This document shows, piece after piece, positions 24,501 through 32,100 of a DNA stretch of 64,000 nt. Numbering within the stretch: the first letter of the stretch is position 1; every line of letters starts with the position of its first letter. The stretch spans positions 30,318,001 to 30,382,000 of the forward strand of contig NC_043016.1 in NCBI RefSeq assembly GCF_006345805.1, given 5' to 3'. The notes under the pieces were generated by a model that was not told the DNA's origin, ran no database searches, and was given only the letters and a program-made list of their open reading frames with translations. Source of the stretch: Octopus sinensis (Eukaryota). Made by a program: the position numbers and the translations under genes.

Positions 24501-27500
24501 ATTGGTCAATTTCTTCATTAATTAATATGGTCCCTATTTTAAAAATAGCATGAACATTGACTATGTAAAAGTTCCTTCTATGGTTGAAAAGATATTACAA
24601 ACACTCATTTTTATTTGTTCAATTCTTTTTCCTTTTTTTTTTTTTTTAAATCTGTGTTCCTACATTAGATTTTGAATCTGCAGAAAACTGTGCATGATGA
24701 ATGTAAAGAACGACTGGAACTTACAGAATCCCTAACGGCAGCTCGAACTGAGCTTCTTCAGTTAAAGAAACCCTTCGGTATGTAAAATATATTTGTGTCT
24801 TGCAACGTAGATTAAAGTCCTCACTACCATGATACTCAAAAGTAAACTAAAACAAATTAATAAACCGTCAATTAACCATCTAGAAACCACCAAGTGACCA
24901 TTGATAAATCACCAACTGACCATTAATAAACCACCAAGTGACCTTTGATAAATCACCAATTGACCATTAATAAACCACCAAGTGACCTTTGATAAATCAC
25001 CAATTGACCATTAATAAACCACCGAGTGGCCTTTGATAAATCACCAACTGACCATTAATAAACCACTAAGTGACCTTTGATAAATCACCGATTGACAATT
25101 AGGATTTCAAGATACAAATTTGCCACAATTATTTATTCTTTTATCCTAACACTAGTAATATGTATTACAATCCTATTAATAACCAATAGATTTTTCTTCA
25201 TCAATGATTACTTTTAACCCTTTAGAATTTAAATCAGCCATATCCAGCCAAAATATTCTGTTTTATGTTCAAACTGGTCAGATCTGGCCTCTCACACCAA
25301 AAAATTAACAGTTATCTCATCAAAATCTCAAAGCTACAAAATAATGTATGATTAATTCAAAATGTTGCAAATAAATAAGCCTTATATTTGACATTATTGT
25401 AGGCTCTCTGTCGGTTACGATGACAAGGGTTCCAGTTGATCCGATCAACGGAACAGCCTGCTCGTGAAATTAACACGCAAGTGGCTGAACACTCCACGGA
25501 CACATGTACCCTTAACGTAGTTCTCGGGGAGATTCAGCGTGACACAGATTGTGACAAGGCTGGCCCCTTTGAAATACAGGTACAACAGAAGCAGGCAGAA
25601 AGAGTAAGAGATAGTTGTGGTGAAAGAGTACAGCAGGGTTCACCACCACTCCATCAGAGCTTCGTGGAGCTTTAGGTGTTTTTGCTCAACAACACTCACA
25701 AAGCCTGGTCTGGGAATTTAGGTCTCACCGAGGAAATGACTAGAGACCGAGACCTTTGGAAGTATGCTGTGCATGAGAAGACTCGGCAAGACAAGTGAGA
25801 CCATAACCCATGGCCTCAGTCCACTTATGCATACCTTTCCTTCTTGGGACACAAAACTCTACTTGTGAAGACCTGTTGAGGCAAGTAAAAATCAAAATCA
25901 AAATCAAAAATGATTGATCAACATGAATAGAAATTGTAGCTGTGATACCAGTGCCGGTGGCACATAAGAGAGCCATCTGAACGTGGCCATTGCCAGCGCC
26001 GCCCCGACTGGCTTCCGTGCCGGTGGCACATAAAAAGCACCATTCGATCGTGGCCGTTGCCAGCCTCGCCTGGCCTCCGTGCCGGTGGCATGTAAAAAGC
26101 ACCATCCGATCGTGGCCGTTTGCCAGCCTCATCTGGCACCTGTGCCAGTGGCATGTAAAAAGCACCCACTACACTCATGGAGTGCTTGGCGTTAGGAAGG
26201 GCATCCAGCCATAGAAACATTGCCAGATTAGACTGGGCCTGGTGCAGCCTTCTGACTTCCCAGACCCCAGTTGCACCGTCCAACCCATGCCAGCATGGAA
26301 AGCGGACGCTAAACGATGATGATGATGATGAATCTGAAGACTGCAAGTCCGCTGCCCAAACCACTGGGCCATTGCACCTCCACATTTGACATAGTAATGT
26401 GAATGCTAATGGGTTAAGTCAAAAGACTGAAATTCCTGACAGTAGCAATATGACACAACCTATACAATAGCTCTTTTAAGAAACAATACAAAACACCCGA
26501 CAGCAAGCTGCAAGGTTTCTAAGCCTATACAGCATGCAAAAACAACAAATCCAGAATTTGTGCTTTACTTAAATTAAATGTCCTTAGAATACATCCTCTC
26601 AACTCACTCAATAAAGTTCATTTAATTGATGTCATTGTTTTTTAATGGACATTTGTTTTTCATCATCATCATTTAATGTCCATTTTCCATGCATGCATGG
26701 GTAGGCTGGTTGATAGGAGCCTGCCAGGTAGATTACCCCAGGCTACTGTGTCTGTTTTGGCAGGGTTTTTATGGCTGGATGCCTTTCCTAACACCAACCA
26801 TCCAGTGGCACTAGCACAAGCGAGGTCAAGTTTAGCACGATTTTTCTTGCTGCATGTCCTTCCAAATGTCAACCACTTTACAGTGTGGACTGGATGCTTT
26901 ATATGTGGCACCAGCAGAGTCACCAAGTAACTGGCAAGATATATATATGTGTGTGTGTGTGTGTATTTATTTATTTTCTTTGAGTTTTATTGAGAGTTCA
27001 AGCCAATCACTAACAAAGCAAGATTTCCCCCGCTGACTTGCCCCACTGACTAGCTCCTGTGCTGGTGGCATGTAAAAAGCACCATCTGAATATGGTCAAT
27101 CCCAGTGCTGCCTGACTGGCTCCCATGCCAGTGGCACATAAAAAGCACCCACTACACTCTAGGAGTGGTTGGTGTTAGGAAGGGCATCCAGCTATAGAAA
27201 CCTTGCCAGATTAGATTGGAGCCTGGTGCAGCCTACTGACTTGCCAGTCCCCAGTGAAACCGTCCAACCCATGGAAAACAGATGTTAAACGATGATGATT
27301 GATTTACATTAAAAAAAAAAACTGAATATCACACATAAAAGCAATGTATATATATACACATTTATATATTTACAGGTGGTTATAACAAAATTGCAGGTAA
27401 GACAGAACGGCCCATGTTGTCATCAGAAGACATAAAGAATCCTCCATTAACAACTCAGTCAGATAGTCATTTGCTCCACAAAAAGTTGGATTTGCAGAAT

Positions 27501-27716
27501 TTTCACAACCCTCAGCCAATGCCAAGAACTGCAGATAATTTGACAACACTTTCTGAGCCACCGAGAAAACCCAGTAATGTTCAGAACAAGGGGAAGGTTG
27601 CTTTTTCTAATCCTAGATTAACTACAACAAAACCAACCAGAGATAATCAATTATACAGAAGATCGATATCAGAAGACAGGAGAAGGTTTTTAGCTTTACT
27701 CAGCAAAAATCCTTGA
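2478..27716 (+). CDS. LEKR1: LEKR1-like coiled-coil protein, 11 coding exons (5'-partial)
   Basis: Exons 2478-2559, 4715-4792, 5675-5808, 8956-9025, 11228-11321, 13178-13264, 15419-15496, 17497-17662, 20829-20962, 24669-24777, 27376-27716 join through GT-AG introns with matching phases (1373 nt, open to TGA). The protein is L/E/K-rich heptads. ILNLQKTVHDECKERLELTESLTAARTELLQL resembles the recalled LEKR1 motif LQETVRRECEERFELTEALSQAREQLL, and the C-terminus SISEDRRRFLALL resembles ETRQRLAAIL. Confidence 0.75.
3000..3900 (-). mobile_element. Decayed LINE reverse-transcriptase fragment (RTE-like)
   Basis: ORF 3589-3798 contains GVRQDCILIPILFDTFL, a degenerate GVRQGCILSPxLFN RT motif; many stops. 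Confidence 0.6.
4715..4792 (+). CDS. LEKR1: LEKR1-like exon (NMKNMVEELNCQLRKKEQHMENLLQ)
   Basis: ttctgtag acceptor, gtaagt donor, phase 2/2. Confidence 0.8.
5675..5808 (+). CDS. LEKR1: LEKR1-like exon (SQIEVHELQQKLHAVRRECNQ...)
   Basis: NAGNAG acceptor, gtaagt donor, phase 2/1; lies within ORF 5562-5927. Confidence 0.8.
6370..6590 (+). mobile_element. tRNA-derived SINE family B
   Basis: ctgagttcaaattcc B-box-like; body gtcgactttgcccttcatcctttcagggtcgataaattaa (resembles recalled Meta/MESC core); tail taaagaaataag. Confidence 0.8.
7215..7395. repeat. Degenerate (GAT/GAC/GGT)n trinucleotide tract
   Basis: Directly visible; similar tracts at 5393-5476 and 15980-16103. Confidence 0.9.
7400..7792 (+). 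mobile_element. tRNA-derived SINE family A, full length
   Basis: Head ggagtg-ctgtgtggtaag...ggttcagtccc (A/B-box-like), CORE-like ccttgggcaag, central (TA/TG)n, AAAAGAGT tail; many near-identical copies in the window. Confidence 0.85.
8001..8910 (-). mobile_element. RTE 3'-UTR element (minus strand) interrupted by a plus-strand copy
   Basis: (CAT)n tail at ~8001, body resumes at ~8584 gatgcccttcctaacgcc, followed by the hairpin array. Confidence 0.85.
8118..8586 (+). mobile_element. Young RTE 3'-UTR copy with ~4.5 near-identical 63-64-bp units and (GAT)n tail
   Basis: Unit starts at 8121, 8185, 8249, 8312, 8376; CpGs intact. Confidence 0.9.
8956..9025 (+). CDS. LEKR1: LEKR1-like exon (LVEQLRDSEKKLRSEIESLKKE)
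   Basis: tttcag acceptor, gtaaga donor, phase 1/2. Confidence 0.8.
9213..9423. mobile_element. Tc1/mariner-type MITE
   Basis: Imperfect TIRs cagggtgtggcagaaatacctcccac / gtgggagatgtttctgccgcaccctg, flanked by TA on both sides. Confidence 0.8.
9679..10078 (+). mobile_element. 5'-truncated R4/Dong-like non-LTR retrotransposon (RLE domain + 3' UTR) inside (TAA)n
   Basis: CWIIYIAYPADNKVCDKEERKVERYDMLAWEV / LWSMKKVAVVPIIVGALGTVSKNL / TALLGNAQILWKVLE; (TAA)n on both sides. Confidence 0.8.
10900..11210 (-). mobile_element. Degenerate R4/Dong-like RLE fragment
   Basis: aggtagctgtagtactaataattgtcggagccctg is nearly identical to 9813-9847; VDVVAIPAD motif. Confidence 0.6.
11228..11321 (+). CDS. LEKR1: LEKR1-like exon (DTTTSAHQDQILQLKNSFRQKLEEFEKSPLK)
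   Basis: acag acceptor, gtaaat donor, phase 2/0. Confidence 0.8.
11380..12017 (+). mobile_element. SINE family A with a minus-strand RTE 3' piece (~11585-11790) nested in its (TA)n tract
   Basis: SINE head and tail flank a (CAT)n-led RTE segment. Confidence 0.85.
12416..12573. repeat. Compound trinucleotide microsatellite (CCT)n(ACT)n(GCT)n(CCA)n(CTA)n
   Basis: Directly visible; source of spurious poly-P/T/S ORFs. Confidence 0.95.
13178..13264 (+). CDS. LEKR1: LEKR1-like exon (LETLLQKERNNHILEIEKLKEEMSESFHM)
   Basis: tttccag acceptor, gtatgc donor, phase 0/0. Confidence 0.8.
15419..15496 (+). CDS. LEKR1: LEKR1-like exon (SLEIEKQKYQKLLDKYQEDKLNAEEI)
   Basis: ttttggcag acceptor, gtaagt donor, phase 0/0. 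Confidence 0.8.
16150..16510 (+). mobile_element. R4/Dong-like LINE fragment (post-RT region and CCHC knuckle)
   Basis: WVEKAMHRKY...KWLRATDLKPETESLIIAAQDKSL...DPQCRKC..HLVSGCPEL, frameshifted. Confidence 0.75.
16588..17120. mobile_element. piggyBac-type non-autonomous element, CpG-rich
   Basis: TTAA-ccctttgacgacggt ... accgttgtcatggg-(t)TTAA. Confidence 0.65.
17126..17345. mobile_element. piggyBac MITE family 1
   Basis: TTAA-ccctttagcatt...aatgctaaaggt-TTAA; further copies at 25218-25393, 32410-32590, 34790-35229, 34822-35041, 51776-52212. Confidence 0.85.
17497..17662 (+). CDS. LEKR1: LEKR1-like exon (AKKQVASAVQCHIEAINDLEELL...KDLEKRI)
   Basis: ttccag acceptor, gttagt donor, phase 0/1. 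Confidence 0.8.
18685..19147 (+). mobile_element. RTE 3'-UTR copy with five diverged 65-67-bp units
   Basis: GTGCCGGTGGCAC-type hairpins at ~18701, 18766, 18833, 18898, 18964; (GAT)n tail. Confidence 0.88.
20140..20552 (-). mobile_element. RTE 3'-UTR copy with hairpin array
   Basis: (CAT)n plus tttaacgtccgctttccatgctagcatggg core, unit order as in the 18685 copy. Confidence 0.85.
20829..20962 (+). CDS. LEKR1: LEKR1-like exon (NSDKAGEEETTKLNLELAGKQQEL...ANCQ)
   Basis: ttttaaag acceptor, gtaata donor, phase 1/0. Confidence 0.8.
21117..21350 (+). mobile_element. tRNA-derived SINE family B, full length, followed by a family A fragment to ~21680
   Basis: ggtggcgagctggcagaaacg head, gagttcaaattcc box; reverse-strand copies at ~37090-37310 and 38180-38378, many partial copies. 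Confidence 0.85.
22070..22375 (-). mobile_element. tRNA-derived CORE-like SINE family C
   Basis: Reverse complement of 46013-46341. Confidence 0.8.
22675..22985 (+). mobile_element. tRNA-derived SINE family D
   Basis: tggcccagtggttagggcagcggac (A box)...gattcccagacc (degenerate B box). Confidence 0.75.
24272..24496. mobile_element. piggyBac MITE family 2
   Basis: (a)taa-cccttttgt...ccaaaatgg-TTAA; copies at ~23910, 29566-29775, 34367-34575, 37517-37713, 59029-59215. Confidence 0.8.
24669..24777 (+). CDS. LEKR1: LEKR1-like exon (ILNLQKTVHDECKERLELTESLTAARTELLQLKKPF)
   Basis: cattag acceptor, gtatgt donor; the most diagnostic LEKR1-like segment. Confidence 0.85.
24882..25101. repeat. 44-bp minisatellite x5 (dimer of two 22-mers)
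   Basis: taaaccaccaagtgacctttga alternating with taaatcaccaattgaccattaa. Confidence 0.92.
25400..25725 (-). mobile_element. SINE sharing its 5' body with family D but with a different 3' half
   Basis: Reverse complement of ~25590-25720 matches ~22733-22860, then diverges. Confidence 0.7.
25736..26330 (+). mobile_element. RTE LINE 3' end: ORF2 C-terminus, 3' UTR, hairpin units and (GAT)n tail
   Basis: EMTRDRDLWKYAVHEKTRQDK* followed by the same UTR as 63240-63365. Confidence 0.88.
27376..27716 (+). CDS. LEKR1: LEKR1-like terminal coding exon
   Basis: ttacag acceptor, phase 1, continues through ORF 27414-27716 to TGA. Confidence 0.75.
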
Positions 27717-28593
27717 AAAATTTTAATTAAAGACCCAGAATAATTACAACCAAAACCACCCAGCTAAAAACATTTGACAGAATTACCTTTTTTGTTTTTG
27801 ATCTTGTCAAAAATTAGTTCTGGTTAGTAGGTAACAATGGAATAAATATTGATTGTATATAGTTTAAATAGTTGCATTTTGTTGGTGTATTCTGCCATTT
27901 TGTATAGATTATATATGATCCACATTGTCACAGTACAACTCCAGTCAGTCAAACATTGCATTGCCAAAAACAAACCTTAGGATGGTTACATGATTTGATG
28001 AAATAGTAATATTTTCAACTTCATATCATAAGAAAAAAAAAACTGCAACAACAAAAAAAAGAAAACATGGGGGATGAACATATTGGATGAACCCAGAGAA
28101 GCTCCACTTGAGGAGTGATTTATGGTTGACCTGAGGTTTAATATCATCAATACATAAAAGAGTGTACAGGATAGAGCTGAAGACAAAATTGGCCATGGAT
28201 ACAGCAAAAACCAAATGTATATGTATATATAGATACAGAAAAATACACACACACATACATACATATATATATATGTAATAATAATATTAGGGAGTATAAC
28301 TCCAAACTTACAGGGAAAAATTCAATTTAATATTAAATCAAATTACATAATAGGGGTTTTTCTCTAATTTCTATATATATACACACACACACACAAATAT
28401 GTACATAAATACATAAACACAAACCATTCACCAATTGGAAAGCCACTTCCAAAGAAAATTTTAAATTCCTATTTTAAGCATGTACTCTATATCAGAACAA
28501 TCACATGTATAGATATCTATTTTACAGATTAGAGAATTTTTTTCAAAAAAGGAAAAAAGATAAATTAAATAACTCTGTAAACAACAACTCCTG

Positions 28594-28612
28594 AATAAAA
28601 ATTCAATTTATT
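28594..28612. terminator. Candidate back-to-back poly(A) signals for LEKR1 (+) and SYNRG (-)
   Basis: AATAAA at 28594-28599 on +, TTTATT (AATAAA on -) at 28607-28612; U-rich (+) and GU-rich (-) downstream elements. Confidence 0.45.
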
Positions 28613-28861
28613 ATATACTTCTTGACTATTTTTCTTTCAATTCAATAACAATGTTTTTTTTTCTTTCTTCTACTCTGGAGACAGCTGATTGAATCAAGGG
28701 TCACCTATCTGTTTACAATACACTTTTCAAAGTAAATGAATTGTATTTTGTTTTGTTTTGCATTTTTTTTTTTTTTTAATATTTACGAGATAAATTAATG
28801 ACTTTTAAGATCAATTAGATACATTTAAATAAAAGTTCCCTCTAAATGTTTTCAGTTGACT

Positions 28862-29104
28862 TCAGATTAGTTGAGGCAGTTTCAGTGCTGGCAACATGGA
28901 ATCTACACAGTTTACCCAGAAATTGGCGCATGTCGTATGATACTGGCGACCACTGTATGTCAGTTTTGCAGCTCGTTCATTGTCATTTGAAATGCGATCG
29001 AAAACATCGACATTTAGAAGACATACTCCACAAGCTTTCAGCTGAGAAGCTGTGTCATCAGTTTTAAGGACAGCTGAAGTATAATTAAAGGAACTCACTT
29101 CCGA
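28862..29104 (-). CDS. SYNRG: SYNRG terminal coding exon
   Basis: tttttcag acceptor; ACGVCLLNVD...YHTTCANFWVNCVDSMLPALKLPQLI then TGA. Confidence 0.92.
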   Translation of the reverse strand, partial: SEVSSFNYTSAVLKTDDTASQLKACGVCLLNVDVFDRISNDNERAAKLTYSGRQYHTTCANFWVNCVDSMLPALKLPQLI

Positions 29105-32100
29105 CTGAAAAAGAAAATGAAAATAGATGAAGACCTTCATTTCAAATTAAATGATAAACATTAATGTTTTAATATAAAAAAGAAGTTTTCTGGAAGTTAT
29201 ATTCTTTTATGTGGCCATACTGGAGTACTACCAGTGTTATCACCTTTTCAGTGGCCATTCTTTTGTGATTGGTTTTTGGTGAAGGAGGGAGTTCAACATT
29301 GCTGCTCTCTTTTGAGTTTCTTATTATGTTATAGGTTAATCTGGGACCTTGGACACCAGGAGGTCAAGTTGTTTCTTGCAAACATCTACACTTACTCCAT
29401 GTAAACCTCTCATATGTTTTGGCAAGGTATTAAATAGCCATGGGCCCTTTAATCCCAAGCTACAGCAATACATGGTTCTCACTCTAGACAGGTTAGCTGG
29501 GACCTTTGGAACAGAGCAGAGATGTCCAGTTCAAGGGCTGGTATAACTTTCGATACCAAACCTAACCCTTTTGTTATTTTCTGTTGAAACATTGCCTTTG
29601 TTTCAATTAGTTTTTAAAATAAGGAAAAGTTTTAGTAAAACAGCTTCATCTTCATTAAGATGGAATTTCAAGGTTTAAAATTTTGATGGCAGGTTTGAAG
29701 TTCACTTTAAGATCACTTTAAAACAGGACATTTGTATTATAGGTTTGGGATGGTCTAAAACAGGTTGGTATCAGTCCTTTTAAATATAACTATTAATGTT
29801 TACACTTCAAATTTTAAAAAACTTAATAGGTTAATGTAGAGTAAGATACAGATTGAGGTCATTTGCAATATATACATATTGAAAATTAAAGGCCAAATAT
29901 ATCTTACCAATAAAGAACTGGCACTGAGAAAAGCTGCTAAATTGTTCCAGGCCAAGTCAATATCTTTTAGTAATGTCTCAAGGCGTTCATTTGTTAGCAC
30001 TAAATGTAGAAAAGAAAATAATTCAGATACATTGCAAAAGATAAGAAATTCTTTGAAATGTAACAAAACAAACAAATAAATAAATCATCATCATCATCAT
30101 CATCTGCTGCGGATGTCTTTTTCTCATGTTGGCATGTGTTGGTTGAGTCATTACCGCTCTCTTGAATAAATTGGAGGACTGCATCTTTCTCAAATGTTTC
30201 ATTTTCACTTGGTTTCTACAGATGGATATCCTTTCTAACATCAACACCTTTACAGAGTGTAACGAGTGCCTTTTATCATGGCACCAACATGAGAGAGGTT
30301 GTCGTGTCTTTGACAAGACTAAAGGATTCTTTCAACCATAAATTTTACAAAATATAACGGGTGTGCTTTACTGAGGCATCAGCTGTGGAGAAGATAGTCA
30401 TGACCTTTGCAGGACTGCCGACTGTTATTTTAAGCTTTTAGTATTATTAAAACATCATAGAAATGACTTACCCTAAGGCAAGAACTGCTGTTGGCTTACT
30501 ATACCTAATTAGGTAATATCAACAAAACAAAAATCTAACAGATTCTACTTAATATAAAAGAACAAAAATATTTTTGCTTTTTTAAAATCTAATTTCACGT
30601 GATGATAATTTCAATTCTCTTCTTTAACCTATAATGTTTAGACCAGCCAAAACCGGTTGAAAATTATTCTCCTTTATTTGTTTGAACTGGCCAAATCTGG
30701 CTGTATCTGATTCCTCTCCAAAATTGCTAAAAAAGAATACAAATCACATTACTGAATTCTCGTAGCTGTGAGATAAAGCCTTTCCTGCCTTTATTCAAGT
30801 AAAAATACAGTGAAATTTTTTAGACTTCTTGGTTTTTGCAACATTTGAAGAGAAGTGTATATCTTAGTTTTAAGCGATATGGTGTCAACAAGTAGTGATT
30901 CCGACTTCGAAGGTTTTACTCTTGATGATGTACAAAATATAAATGAAAACACAATGATTTGTCTTTGGACAAATCATATTGACATTTATGAATCTTCGTT
31001 AGACAAAGAAGATTTTGACAATGAAAGTGATATTGCAAACAATTTTGGTAACGTGGTTGAAGATTACTACATCAACCACAATTCCCAACTTCACAGAAAA
31101 GACTAGTTCACAACACAGTCTACCTCTCCATGCTTAATCATAGGACTATTTATTTTTATTTTTACCAAAAAGTTCTTTTTAAGTTGTCATGGAGGAACAA
31201 ATATGCTCAACACAAAGTTTCTATTCATAGAACACCTGATCCACTATGGCAGCCAACTGATACTACGGAAATGCAAGCTTTTTTTACTATAGACATTAGG
31301 TTTAGTATCAAGCAGCTTCCTCAACTGTGGAACTACTGGAATCCTGACATAAAGTATGGTGATCCGTATATCTCCAGCATTATGTCTATCTATAGTTAAT
31401 TCATACATTGTTTATGTAAAAAGCCAGAAGGTACCTCCACCACCAATGAGCTACAACCATTTGAAATATCAGGTTGACATTGAATCTCAGTTACATGAGG
31501 GCTTTTCTTCCAGAAAGCACAGAACTAGGAGAAAAGCAAAATTAACTGAGGTGGATGTCAACAGAGAAAATATTGATTTTCATAAAATGGAAAAACATAA
31601 ATGGAAGGAAAAAAAGTTTGCAGACTGTGCTCACTACAAAAAAGAAAAACTGTGAAATGATATTAGGTCGAGACCGCATACATGTGTTCGTTTTGCAAAG
31701 TGCCCTTGTGTAAGGAGTGCTTTGAACAATTTCACAATAGAAATATGGCGTAGCTATATTTTGTTGTTTGATAGTAATACTATAATATATTCCTTTCATT
31801 TTATTACAAATATGTGAAAGTGAGAAATACATATTAATTTTCAGTATGTTACACACCTGTATTCACCTTGGCCTCACCTGTTATGTAAATTTATTCATTA
31901 AATTGTATAAAAGTACATAACCAATGGTATATTGACTAGTAAAAGAGTTTCGTATTTTATTTTCAATGAAAATGTTTGAAATATAGAGAAAGAATAAAAT
32001 CTTGTATTAATTATACCTGTATTTTAATTAATTCAAATTAATGTACTTTGAAAAGTGGTAAAATTGTTGGCAGTTAACACCTGGGATAATTTTAGTAACA

